Source of the DNA: Dicyema japonicum
Taxonomy: Eukaryota > Animalia > Dicyemida
Length of the DNA stretch: 64,000 bases
Direction: 5' to 3'
Assembly: GCA_011109175.1 (NCBI GenBank)
Contig: RDEW01000013.1
Span: 659,221 to 723,220, forward strand
This document shows positions 27,270-40,229 of this stretch, in pieces (within the stretch, counting starts at the first letter, position 1; each line of letters opens with the position of its first letter). The position numbers and the translations under genes are program-made. The notes beneath the pieces were generated by a model, which saw only the letters and a program-made list of their open reading frames with translations, had not been told where the DNA came from and searched no databases.

Positions 27270-27700
27270 AGGGACAAAAAATAATTCTCCGAAATGCTTT
27301 GATGCTTCCTTCTCTTCGAACCCTCGCCTTGTTTGGAAGCATGGCCTGGATTCTAGGAACGTTGCATCCCAAACCATTAGCAAAAGGGAATGTTGTCATC
27401 CCGTCGTTGCGCTTTCCATCGTCTCGGGTGAGACCAGTGGGCTTCTAAATGCAGCGGTGGCCAGCAGAGGAAAGTGAATCTTTCAACGTCACGCTGAAAA
27501 AGGCATCTCTTGTAAAACGGAAACGGCCTGCGTTCAACCTGTACAACAGTGGATGGTGGCCACATAGATCGATAAAACGTCCAAAACGACATTTTCGCTG
27601 CGCACACACTTTAAGACGTAGTGAGGCGGCATTCTCACTGTCTCCAGCAGGTTTCCAATTTCAGCACAAGGATAGGCGTTCAGCCAAGCGCTTCTTTAAT
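27270..27700 (-). mobile_element. CRE-like RLE fragment
   Basis: PTGLTRDDGKRNDGMTTFPF..G..WDAT motif on the minus strand. Confidence 0.8.
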
Positions 27701-27799
27701 AATTAAATTATTAAGTAAATTTCCAGATCAAAAAAAATTAGAATATTCTAATTTTTCAAAATATTTCAGAAACATGTTCATCAAAGTTAAATTATTATA

Positions 27800-28042
27800 A
27801 AAACCATAGGTAAAAAATATTGATTCCTTGATCCTGACGCGTTCTAGCAGAACCCTCACCCAACCACAGTGATCCAGAGGACGTTGTCCGGGAAGCGAGG
27901 TCAATTCCAGAACTCGCCGTCATGGAGCGAAGTTGTCTTTGGTGGAATGAATAGATAGATCTTTTTGAATGCCATTGGTCATCTCCTAGTAAGGTGGATA
28001 CAATGACTCCACCAGATGGAAGGAGGAGAAATCTTCAATCAA
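27800..28042 (-). mobile_element. Short type-B element
   Basis: Reverse complement resembles 33652-33905 and 9733-9990. Confidence 0.7.
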
Positions 28043-28299
28043 ATATATGAATATGTTGGCTATGGATATTATTTATCCTGGGTAGCGGCCATATGACGTT
28101 CTTTCATAGCGTAACAAAAAAAGAACGACCGGATCCAGCGTATGGAAGCCAATCCTACAAAAATGAAGAAGCAACTCAAACAAATCACAGAGCTTACCGG
28201 GCAGAGAGGAAATCAAATGTATGACGATGAATCGAGGCCAATATGGATATGAAAAGCCAAAGAAAATTGGGGAGAGTCGTGCTTGATTCAGTATGACAT

Positions 28300-28850
28300 A
28301 AAATTGTTGTAATCCATTAATTTATTAATCCAGGAATTACAAGAAAGAGGACAAGGGAATATTGAGGCATCTGATCAGAGACATCAGTTGGGAACCCAAA
28401 GAATTTGTCAAGGGGCTAAAGAACAGGCAATACTTAACCAATGCATCAACCAGGAGAACGGAATAATTTGGCTACTGTGGAGAGACGTTAAAAAGCCTCG
28501 GTACACTCTGGTACTGGATTAGATTGAAAAAAACTTGGTCACGAAATGGAAAATTATTGAATTTTAAACATAAAGAAATTGAGGGAATCAAGATTAAGAA
28601 GGATACTGCAGGACGATTATTTGTCTCCGCTCAACACGACCTTGGATCTCCTAGTAATGCATTAAACCGACTCCTCCTTATGGATGACCTAAAACATATT
28701 CTCTCACAAGGAAGACACAACGATGATGGTGGAGGTTGATTCTTTCATGTTCCTGGAACTGAACGAAATTTCGGAAAATCTGCTACTAATGTACTCTGCC
28801 TGTAATCTGATGCTAGTTTGCTTGACATAATTGATGGATATACATTGGTG
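28300..28850 (+). mobile_element. R4-like RT fragments
   Basis: QLG..CQGAKEQAILN and LLLMDDLK motifs. Confidence 0.55.
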
Positions 28851-29038
28851 TGTTAGGCCCATGGTGACCCAAACCAGTACGAAGAGCTTGAAAGTGTGGG
28901 TTGGCCTTTATCATTCAATTTTTAAAATAAAATTTCTTTTATTAATTTTTATTTATGATTTATGAAAATTTAATATTATTTTTAAATTTTCATGATTTTT
29001 AATTAATATTTCATTTTATTACGAATGTCAAGTGATTT

Positions 29039-29315
29039 AGCCGGGTGGTATAGTGGTTAGGTGTCGGACTTAAGTGGCTTAGGCTACGGGTTCGAATCTC
29101 GCTGATGTTTACCTGGTGGAAGGTTCCACGCATCTACGATGCAGAAAGGGTTTGACGAGTGACGCCGTCATCAGTGGATACTCACTGCGGAACTGGATTG
29201 TCTAGAAAGGACACTCACACAAGAAAAAGAAAAAAAAGTGAAGATCATTCCTTGGTTCTACGATTAGTTAAAATTAACTGTTCTTTACTTAAATAAAGTG
29301 TGTGTCCTGCCTATG
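29039..29315 (+). mobile_element. tRNA-derived SINE
   Basis: A box TGGTATAGTGG and B box GGTTCGAATC; body and tail match the reverse complement of the SINE parts of 57187-58650. Confidence 0.85.
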
Positions 29316-29329
29316 CGGAGCTATAAATA

Positions 29330-29530
29330 TTATGGCTCTCGTGAAAAGGCTTTATTATTATTAAGTGATTATGGCCTGGACGTCGCCGTCTCCAAATATT
29401 TCAAAAATTATATGAAAAGACTGTCCATTGAAGAAGAATTGAGGGTTCACATCCAATCAGCTTGTATTCAATAAAACTCTCGAGAGTATGAAGTGGAACA
29501 TAAGCACGGGATGAAGAGTACACCTCTGCT
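29330..29530 (+). mobile_element. R4-like RLE 3' fragment
   Basis: WD..VSKYFKNYM and EHKHGM, homologous to 390-540 on the minus strand. Confidence 0.6.
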
Positions 29531-30182
29531 ACCTCTCAACTTGTGGAACTGGCATACTGCGAGGACATTCCATTGAACTCTAACAGAGATATTTGAGGAA
29601 TAAGAAGAGTTTGTGGTACACTCTTCTTTTAAAAGAAGGGAGGGATTTCCACCCATCTTGATTAAAGTCCACTTAATTTGATAATTTACTCGTTTTACTT
29701 AATAGCCACTTACATGTTATACACGTTAACAGAACCTAAGAATGCTATATTATCCATGGTACCGTCCCACACGATTTAGGATCCTCTTTACTAAACGTCT
29801 CCACTGGGCTCTGTCCATGGCATATGACCGTAGGTCTCCTAGACGTCCTTATATTAAAATTTCTTTCCAATCATATAAGATCCTTGTTGAGGGCCACAGG
29901 CAGAGAGACCCTAATTTCCTCAGTCAAAATACAGGTTTGAAAAAAGGCTGTATTATGTTTGCACAAATAAAGTTCAAACGAGAAAGGTCCTTCAGAATAA
30001 CTCTAAGGTCGTTTATTAGAAATAATTGCACTTAATAATTTACGTAATAAACTAACTGTTAAAATCCTTTTTGTGTGCAAACAATAAGCATTAAATATCA
30101 ATTTCCAATAAATGATTTATTAAAAAGGCAGATTACATAAATTTACGTATTTAATGAATATTTTAAATGGAAACATCAAAAG

Positions 30183-32083
30183 ATGAATAATTACGTAAAT
30201 TCCTGGTCACGTGAAGTTATAACGTTTAATAAGCAGCAAACCTACGGAGCTCTGATTAAACGAAATATTTTAGCGGCAGAAAAGTGTAGAGTTATGATCA
30301 ACGAAAAAAATAAATTTTTTGAAATATTTGAAGACAAAATTAATTCCATGAATTTTGAGCAACTCAAAGAATTCATAGTTTCCGAGGAAAACTCACGGAA
30401 GAAATACAAGAATTCTGTAATGGAGTATCTAAAACGCATCAGATTCCTGAAGGCGGGAAAAAATAAAAATAATTTGCTCAACAAAATATACTCAAATTCT
30501 GAAACTAACGATTTCCTTTACAACAGCAAAATTATAAAAATTAAACTTCACTCAAGAAAACCTTTCCAAAAAATGGTCTCAACAACACCGAATTTACCAA
30601 AACTCATAATTCCAGTTTTCCCTGTGAAAACTACTTCGAATCACCATATTTTGAAAAAAACGGAGTCTCAGTCGAGTCAGAAACGAGAGATTTCATTTTG
30701 TCTGAAAAATAACCAACCGAGACCGCCAAAACATCAAAGAGTTCAATCTCTTCAGAGCTAAAAGCAACCAAAGTCTTCAAACCGCCAAGTCCACCTACAA
30801 AGACCCTTCCAACAATCCAAAATTCTTCATTCAAGCCAAAAACGGATTTTCAATGTTTGTGAATGATTCAGTTTAGAATTGAACATTTGCTAAGAAACCT
30901 TGGCTGGTCCCGGACATACAGCAAACGTGACAAACAACTTAAAATAGTTTGGGTGGAATGTAAGAGCTTTTTTAATTACGATAACTTTAAGGAAGGTTTA
31001 AAGTGAGGTCACTTTAGGTCACTTCCTGGTCAATCACGTTCAAAATTGTGAGCTTATCTCAAATAAAGTGAATCTCTCCTGAATTTGACCGAATATAGCA
31101 GAATCTTGGAGAGTGAGAGGCATCCCCAACTTTGCATTAACAATTTCATTCCAAAAACCTTGATTATCCGAAATTCAAATGATTTGAAGTGTTTTATGGA
31201 ATGTAGTTATTCGGGTTTGCTGATTCCTGAATGCTAAGAAGGACAAATTTGGATCTGCAAACCGGCAAACTTGAATCAGGGGATAGGAATACGCTTAGTA
31301 AGATCGTTGGAGGAGATAGAATCAATTTACAACTCCCAAAATACATTCCGACAGAAAATATTCCAAAGGTCCTTACACTAAGTATTTCAGATATATCGAA
31401 AAACCGCTGCTTTTGGAGGACAAAAAGTTTGATATTCGCGCATACATGGTGATTGCGAGCACCAAACCATTCCTAGTGCTTTTCAACGAAGGGTACGTTC
31501 GACTAAGCAGTCGACCTTACAACGTCGAGGACAGGAATCTGATAACTCACTTAACAAACCAGGTTAACCACGTTTATGTAGATCAGTTCATGCAAAAGAA
31601 AAACCCAAATTACAAGGAAATCAAGGAAAGCACTGTTTGGTCGATCGAAAAACTAAATGAGTACATCAACGAGGTTTACTGGCGGACAGGGCAGATTGAA
31701 AGGGACTGGGCAAAGGTAGAGTTGAAGGTTTCACAATTTGTTATTTTAGAGGAAAATGGAGAACATCTCATTATTTTGCTTCAAATCAGTAAAAGACAAA
31801 ATCAAAGCGAATGTTGGGATTTTTGAGATTTACGGACTTGACTTTCTAATCGGTGAAGACTTTCAGGTATTTCTGCTTGAAATCAACACAAACCCGTCGT
31901 TTTGCGTGAATTGTAAAATATTGGAGGAAGTCATTCCGCAAGTTGTTAAAGAGTCTATTGGTTGCGATTATGGGTTATTTTTAGAAATTTCTTATTGACT
32001 GTTTTGATAAAAAAATTTCTAACAAAAGTTTCATGCCGATAAAGCAGTTAAATAAGTTGAGAGTAATTTACAGTGAAGATTAA
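30183..32083 (+). CDS. TTLL10: Tubulin-tyrosine-ligase-like protein, TTLL10-type polyglycylase
   Basis: WICKPANLNQG.GI, QRYIEKPLLLEDKKFDIRAY, HLTNQFMQKK, GLDFLI and LLEINTNP. Introns at 30855-30876, 30996-31017, 31215-31238, 31369-31390, 31563-31586, 31728-31749 and 31961-31984. A few 1-bp shifts remain and the start is uncertain. Confidence 0.85.
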
Positions 32084-32461
32084 TTTTTTAAAATAATTTT
32101 GTTTAATTTTTAAATACAGTGAGGTCCCTTAATGTTTCCTGACTTGTGGCCAATTTGGGAATTTGAAGTATTCAATCTCAAGAAATCCATGTTCACAATG
32201 CCAGTTTTCCTTAAAATTCAGTATTATTTCCCAATCATTTGCAATGATCTCGATTTCTTTTTTACGCAATTTACTGAAGTAACACTGATCACATTACTAA
32301 TCCGCATCTTATCAAATGTCATTTAATGACGTTGATTCACTTCAAAGTTCAGAGATCAATCAACAATTTTTGATTGTTTCAATTGATGCATCATCTTTGT
32401 TTGGCACGATTTAGTAGTATTCTCGTTTTTTATCTAAAAAAATTTAGAGTTTTTGGAAACA

Positions 32462-32900
32462 ATTAATAATAACAACAGAGACCGCGGTTACACAAACTGA
32501 CTAATCACATGATCCCAGCACGCTCTAGCAGGGACCTCATCTTGGCCCGATGCTCCTCCCTCGATCCCACACAGGCGCATATCGGTCGGATGACTGGATC
32601 TTCGCAGTCACGACGGCGCGTTCCATGGTTCATTCGTATCAAGGCTTCAAGAGGCATTGGTAGCTGGAACTCTCCAGAAATCTAGATTTCCGTGATTTTG
32701 GAGGCTCTTTTTCGACTAGCCTCAGTCTTCAAAACATTTGTCCAAAAGATGAGTGGGCCCCATATACCTCATGTAAGAGATGCATGGTTCAATGTATTGT
32801 TTATATATAGTGCTCAAAACAGTGTGCTTTCCGTTCTTCCAAAGCCTGTGAGGCATTTCAGAACATTGTTTTTCTTTCCGCATTTTGGAAGCAATTAAGC
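32462..32900 (-). mobile_element. APE-RT LINE 3' end joined to a type-A tail
   Basis: The VLSTIYKQYIEP region matches 51660-51885; the tail matches 3968-4165. Confidence 0.75.
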
Positions 32901-33651
32901 TCTGTATAATTGCAACGAGAAGCTTTCGAACACACGGTAAAATTTGGAATACGAAATACCGAAACAATACTGAAACTATCCCGAAAACGATGGTGGTGCC
33001 ATTGGTTCTACTTTCATGTTCTCAAGTCTAAAGAGTTTCACGGCGAAGATGCACATTACAAGGGCCATATTGAAACTGCGAGCGAATCTCCTCAAGGGGA
33101 AGAAATGAACACAAGGTGGAGAAACACATCACAAGTCAAATGGACATATTCACAAGAACGAAGGAGGGAATCTCCTTTGCGAGGGAATCTCATCAACGCG
33201 AAGAAGCATATTACAAACGAAGGAACCTATTACAAGTGGAAAACATACCAATCGTTCCCTACATTGAATTAAGTTCTAAATAAGACTTTATTAACCACAT
33301 CATCGGTACATACAAGGCGGCTTGGAACTATTGTAAAAGAACATACTGAAGAAAGGACCTACTAGGGGAGAACTAAGTGGAGATGGGCTTACTAGCTTTG
33401 TACCTACTACGTTATGGATATAAGCGCGTTTAGAAAATTCATGGAATCCAACGCTAGGACGAGATTAAAATAAAGATTGGGTACATCGGAAGTGTCCAGG
33501 CCGCATAGGCGGACTCATTTAAATACCCTTAATCTAACTCATATCCTTGTTTGAATAAAGTGCTTTCGTTTCGAACACATGGTAAAATTTTTGTCTGAAA
33601 TTTAATTTTTTAATAAAATAATTGATAAAAATAAATTTTATGAGTATGAGC

Positions 33652-33905
33652 TTGATTGAAGATATCTCCTCTCTGGTGGCGTTATTGGATCCACCTCACT
33701 CAGATGACGACCAATGCCTGGCCGGCATTCAAAAGGAACATCTATTTGTTCTATTGCGAGAAAATTTCGCTCCCTGGCTACGAGTGCTGGAATCGACTTC
33801 AACTTCACGAACAACATCTCTGGATCACTGTGCTTGGGTGAAGGTTTTTCTGGAACGCGTCAGGATCAGCGATTAGTTTTGTTTCACCCTTGGTCTTTCG
33901 AACAC
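33652..33905 (+). mobile_element. Short type-B element
   Basis: Similar to 9733-9990. Confidence 0.7.
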
Positions 33906-36080
33906 TTAAATTCATTGCTATAGACCCTAATGTCACCAGATTATCCCATATTCTAGAGTTTCTTTTTACTCTTTAAGCCAAACTCTTGGCAGAAATGTAA
34001 CATCTTACATCATTGTGCCTTACGAAGTTTCCTGAAGCATTTTCTCGAATCTAGTTGTACGATGGTCAACAGTCCTCCTCCGTTTTTTGCAGAACCCATA
34101 GACCGTAAAAAACAAATTATGTCATAAATTAGACTATATAAGGCTTCGGAAGATTGAGAATTATTTCCCTTTAAGAGTCAATGAGACTAGTTCATAATAT
34201 CCCTCAGCCAAACTTTTGCAGAGCGAGTAACTTAAGTTGTAGTTCACTTAGCGTCCCATGAAAGAGAGGAATCTGGACTTCTGGAGTTATCACTTGAATG
34301 ATATAATCTTTGATATTCTTGAGGTTCAAGATGTACTCAATTTGCGATAGTTTTGAACGAATTACAGAATCAACCAATTCATCCTCGTATTACCAAACTA
34401 TCAATTCTTCTGCTAACTTTGGTAGAGATTATTTTTGAATCTGACCATTACGGCTTTCCGTACACCCAAGGTAATGTCCTTACTTGATGACTGGCGTACT
34501 TGACTTTCAGTGACCTTTTCCATCGAGCTCACCAACAGGGAGAAAAAGATGATGAAGACTATGGCTGTCTTCTCGACTTCTCGGAGGTTTACTTTCCGTG
34601 TCACATTTATTTAGTGAGATTGGAAGCAATCACCGGCCATCTTTGATACAACTTCGAGAGAAAGTTCAAACCTCAGATCTTTATAACTCTGGCGACCTGG
34701 ATAACTTCTTGGTCACCAAAATTTCTTTTTAGGGTAAATTTTTTTAGTGAATATACTTGGAAAAGATGCACGTCCTTTAGCAAAAGATCGACAAACAACC
34801 TTACCTTGACAGGACACCAAGGATTTCTTCACTATCTACTGGACTGCATGGTAAGATTACAAAACGGTAGCCTCAAGTTGGATTGCATTCCCAGACGTTG
34901 GAAGGAGGTGGAGCTGGTTTTTGTAAAAAACCAAAGAAACTTCACAAAGGCCTTTGAGTTACCGTTCTATTGACCTATTGCCTGCCGTCGTTAAAAGTCT
35001 GAGAGAGTGATATACCGAAGGCTTACCAAAGAATGCCTAATAAGAGACATCTCCTCGGATCTTCAGATGGGAATAACCTGCAATGACTGTCTCTGGATTT
35101 AACTCCCACTTCCGAAAACACAAAAAGTGCACATTGCCGTTTTTCCTGAATGTTGAGAAGGACTTCGAATCGGTCTGGCATCTTTGACTCTGCAGAAAAG
35201 GTGATCTTACTGGAACTTGAGGTTAGATATTCAGTTTTCTGAGGAGGAATGAACTATGTGTGGTATAGAGGTTGCCTTTTTAGTTTCTTGGTGATTTTGC
35301 CAGGGGTCAATCTTAAGTCAAACCTCGTTTAATGAATATATCCCATCCGTTCCTCGCCTAGCCGGTCTATTTGAATGACATTGTACATTGGAATTACTTT
35401 CGGAGACCAGATGTTGCTATCATGCGCTGTGAGGCCTGATAAATGAAAGTGATATTTTTAGTGGCCTTACCTAGAGTGACCGTCTACGGGGTTTACAAAA
35501 AAGATAAGCTACTTTGGGTCACGTTTAACTCCAAGTTAGTTTCTTCTTTTCTATCCAGAGGTAGACCTTGTGCACAACGTAGGCGTCCAAGTCCTAATTT
35601 GACTGGAGGTTGGAAAAGATTTTATGAAGAGTTCAAGGACCCGAGAGAAAATCCTCCAGGAAGAACGATTGTCAGTGATTCAGAAAATTAGTTAAAATAA
35701 AGTTATGGTGTTTTGATTAAAAATAAAAGTTTTTAAACTCAGATTTAAAAATCAGAATTAACTAAATGATCCCAACACACTCCATCACCTTTAAACGGTA
35801 ATGGTAATCCTCTCTCGAAACAACACAAGAACGCACTGGGCGGAGAACTATCAGATAGAATGTACATCCACACCATTTCGTCAAAGTAGAGTCACCAAAA
35901 ACATCGAATTGTCCCTTTCTCCCAGCAATTCATTGTTCCGTAACTCTGTATGCTTTTTCTGTGAGGTCGCATTGATATTAGTACAAAACCACGAAAAATA
36001 CAAATATTTAGTAAAAAATCTATTTAATATTTCTAATAAAAATAAAAAAATAAATATAAATATATATAAATAAAATAATT

Positions 36081-37492
36081 ATGTCCTTGTTGACCCCCGA
36101 TCCTCCTGAAGGTAAGGTTGCTTAATAGTTAAAGATGAAAACCAAAAATTCATAATCGACCAATTTATCCAGTTCCGTCATAGAAATGGTCCAGAATTTG
36201 AAGAATACACAAAATTCCAGCAAAAAGACAACCCAGAGTTTGCATTTCTTTTCGGCCGCGAACACTCCGAGTACTACAACCACCAACTCCGGCAAATAAG
36301 AGACTTAAAAAGCCAGCCTTCATTTTCAGTCTTTGATGTGGAGGCATTGACTTCAGATATGAAGATTCCAGACGAGCTTCGAAACCACGTGTTAGCATGA
36401 AGGAAAGTTCTGCGGAAACTCGGCCGTGGTCTGTTAAAGGAAGAAGAGGTTTTCCTAATTTCCATATTCAGACAAAAATCTTTGGAAAACTCACGGATAT
36501 CAACCTCAAAGAGATCCGGATCTTATTTGAGGACCCTTCCGTCCTCTTCGAACTTGATCGACTACTTTCTGGCATCCTGGAGAACTGTTCTAAGGATGCT
36601 ATCTATGTAACAACCACCGTGACTTTCAGAACAGCAAAGCTGGATACTTAACACATGCCGGGATCGTCCTCAGTACTCTGAGGTGATCGTCCGCTACATC
36701 GTTGGGAAGATTCTCCACCTTAGTTCGTTCGTCGACAAGTTGCACGTGGTCTACCTGCTCAATGACCTTGCTCATCACAGTGTCCGCAAAAATACAGCTT
36801 TTTTGAGATTCATTCAAGACCACGTGGTTGTGGGATATGCGAGTGCTCTCAGATCCGCGGAATCCACGGAGAAGGCCAAGTTGGAGCGAGTAAATGGGGG
36901 ATTTACTTAGATCATCCCGATTTGGAAGGAAAATAGGTACTTTGACAAGGAGATCTTCGAGGTGGTGGTCTAATAACTGTTTAGAAACTCGAGACTCCGC
37001 ATGTGCATTTTGAGAAGTTCATGGTAGTGTGGGAAGTTATTGGAGGATGGACTAAGGGACCGGAATCGGGGGGAGTTGGAACAAGTGTTAGAGGAGACAC
37101 AGTCTCTGTTTATGCGGAGACTAGAGACCTATAGAAAAGAGATTCGAGAGCTCATAAAGGAATTAGGCCACGTGGGCGATCATGGATCTACCCCTGTTGG
37201 ATTTCACGTACCTTATTATGAGCTTCCGGCCTCTTCGATGATGTCTTTGATTGGGGTTAGTTGAATTTGTTAGACAGATTGATGACTTTGAGTATAAACC
37301 ACTTGATGGAAGTAAGATCACGTGGGTGAGTGGAGGTCATGTAGATGGGAATCTGAAAAGTGCCTTGGATGAGTTCTATAAGGAGGTTGAGAAAGATGGG
37401 TGATGATTGTGATTATTGGTAGGGAAGGATGGGAGAAGGATGGATTGGCAGACTTTTTTATGGCTAAAAATAGGGCTAGATCGGGATGTTGA
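36081..37492 (+). CDS. CHERP: Calcium homeostasis ER protein (U2-associated splicing factor): SURP and CID domains, short form
   Basis: IIDQF.QF..RNGPEFE..QKDNPEFAFLFG, CSKDAI, KLHVVYLLNDLAHH, VPYYELPA, YKPLD and EGWEKDGL. Introns include 36112-36134, 36890-36910 and 36962-36984. Exon structure near 36390-36640 is uncertain. Confidence 0.88.
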
Positions 37493-37699
37493 TGTGATTT
37501 TGCTGTGGGATTGGTGATTTGTGTCTATCTTTGATTTGGGATGTTATTAATTGTATGTTGGTGGTTACTAATTAGTTGACTTATTTGTGGGTAGGCATTC
37601 AAACACAATAATGATATTTTTAGAGTCCTATAGAGAAGATATGATGTAAGCTCAATTTTTAATGAGCTCAATGCCAATGGACATGAAAAAGCTCAGTGC

Positions 37700-39030
37700 C
37701 CTATCCCGCAACATTGTTCTGTTGGATGGCTCCCCTGGTCTTCTTATCGTGCTATGAGGGGACGTAGAACAAAACCTTGCCGATTTTTATTGAGTTCTCG
37801 CTCTCACACGCAATATGGCACACTTTCATGAATTTTTACATTCCACCCAATGGGTCGTGTCCCCCGTCATACACTCCAACATATCGAGGCTACAAGAATT
37901 AAAAAACATCATCATATGTAATGATCTGAATGGGAAGCACCCACAATGGCTCTGCACACAACATTCAGATAGATGAGGACAATTTATCCTCAACCTTCTC
38001 GGTGACCTGAACATCCTCAACGACCCAGATTCCCATACAAGCACCTCCCAGGACTACTGATTCGCCCACATCCCGGATATCACACTATGTTCTACCTCAC
38101 TAATACCAAAAATGTTGCTGAAGCAAACTTGGTAGGGTTCACTAAGTACGTGGACTCTCAACTTTTTGGAATACAGATGACGGATATCAGACTAATGAAG
38201 CAACAAATATGCTTAGCAATACCATTCTCAAAGGCGACAAATTATTCATCTCTCAATCCTCATATGAGGATTTCAATCCCAATAAGATGCCTCCACCAGA
38301 AGAGTACATGCAACTCCTTATGGATGATTAAGAAACGGATCAAAACATCGCTTGAAGATGGGGACGGTGTGTATTTTCTACCAAGAACAGTGAAACTCGC
38401 TAACAAGGCTATCAACCACCATGTATCAATAAGTTACAATAACTACCTAAAGTCCTTTAGGTTCAATACTCTCCCATATATACCAATTCCCAATATTACT
38501 CTTTTCACTCGAACAAGTATGATAGACAGTCTGTTCCTCACATAATTCGTGTTCCAATGGCTTCGATGGAGTGTCTGCACGTCACCTGAACACTTGGGCC
38601 CCAGACGATATTGATTTTGACGAACGTACACAATTACTCTGTGAAGCAGATCCACCACAATTGACAATTTTATCCCAATTTATCATGGACAGCTTTAGTC
38701 CCCGAAGGGCCCATATGCGAACGACCTTGGTTTCCATCGATATACAAAAGCCCTTCGACTCGGTATCGAGGACTCACATTACAAGGAAGATATTTGACTA
38801 GAATATGCATCCTAACCTTAAACTCAAGCTGGAAAACTTCATGTCCGGACTGCGAGGGAAAGTATGCATACGAACAGAAATCGAGATCACGACTGCTTCC
38901 AAATGAGTTCAACAGGTTTTCTCTTTCCAGGATTATTCACTTATTCCTTAGCGACGTCCAACAAATTTACGACCCGAAACACATTACTCCTGTCCTATGC
39001 AGATGATGTCATCATCGCCTCAAGGAATAT
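37700..39030 (+). mobile_element. Decayed APE-RT LINE
   Basis: CNDLNGKHPQW (APE), RTTLVSIDIQKPFDSV and SYADD. Confidence 0.75.
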
Positions 39031-39474
39031 AGAGAAGATATGATGTATAGCCCCCTTCATGGAGTCCGTGGGAGTCCAAACATACCTGGATCGTATGATG
39101 CACAATATACCTTCGCTCTATTCACGTGGGTTCGCCGCTTTTAAGGATGTTCCCGATGTACTCCTGAGATACATGCCTACAACGATTTAAAAGAACCCAA
39201 AAATCTTTTTCGTCAGGCATCAGTTCCCCATAACTTCCTTGAGGCACAAGCGAAGACACCTCTAAGACGTTGTGGAGTCCCTCGATGAACACAGGATGAA
39301 AATGGCGAGGGTAATAATTAGTTTGGAAACTATAACCTTCTTTGTGTTTTCCGGTGTTATATATGTCAATAAAAATATTTTTTAATATTTTGAGTTAATT
39401 TTTTATTTTTTAAATTTAAATAAAAAAATAAATTAAACTAAAAAAATTAAAAAAAAAGAGTAATCACGTTTCTT

Positions 39475-40229
39475 ATGCACAGTGATGATGTGAGGATTTT
39501 TTAAATTATATTAATAGATCATATGGTCAGTAATCTCTAAGAATAGCTGTTCTTACCGAATCAGGTAAAGTTTCGAATGTTATTTCAGTACTGAAGATCA
39601 TAAATTCTGCAGTCATGAATATAACCTCACTGGCTTCTGTAGTCGCAATTCATGTCCCCTTGCCAATAGTCAGTACGCTACCCTCCGTGAATCCAAAGGC
39701 TCAATATTCCTTTATATGAAGACTGCAGAACGAGCAGCCCTTCCTAACAAATGGTGGGAGCGACTGAAGCTATCCAAAGACCCAAAGAAGGCTAAAGAGC
39801 AGATCTCTAAACACCTGGAGTTTTGGCCTTCCTTTGTGCAGGAAAAGTGCAAGAAACGCCTAATAAAATTGAATAGAATGCTCCAAAGAACGCGCAAGAT
39901 TGCCTTAAACAACGAAAAGATTATAATCCCTCTTCAGCGGAAGATAGAGAAGCGGGAGAAGCACAGAGAGGTAAGAAAATATGTAAGGGGTAGGAAAAAG
40001 CCTTGACTGCTGCTAAAATCGACTTGAATATTGAACAGGAGTTGTTGAGTCGACTGAAGGAGGGAGTGTATGATGGGGTTTATGACTTGGGAGAGGAAGT
40101 TGAGGAGGTTTGGTGGTTGTTTATCCATAGGAGAGTGTTGAGTTAGTGGATGATGAAATTGATGAATCTGACCAGGATATGGAGGATCTCAGTGTTAATT
40201 GGGTACGCCGACGATGTTGTGATTATTAA
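39475..40229 (+). CDS. MAK16: Ribosome biogenesis protein MAK16
   Basis: MHSDD|IIWSVI..YNLTGFCSRNSCPLANSQYAT..LYMKTAERA..IEQELLSRLKEGVY. Introns at 39490-39517, 39565-39588, 39971-39993 and 40108-40130. The 3' end is less certain. Confidence 0.93.

Noticed and set aside
29039-29112. Functional tRNA gene
   Set aside because: A and B boxes are present but the acceptor stem does not pair, and the sequence continues into a dispersed SINE body.
36398-36400. TGA reassignment (alternative genetic code)
   Set aside because: TGA appears to terminate innexin, CHERP and the proteasome-like gene; splicing or a base error explains this case.
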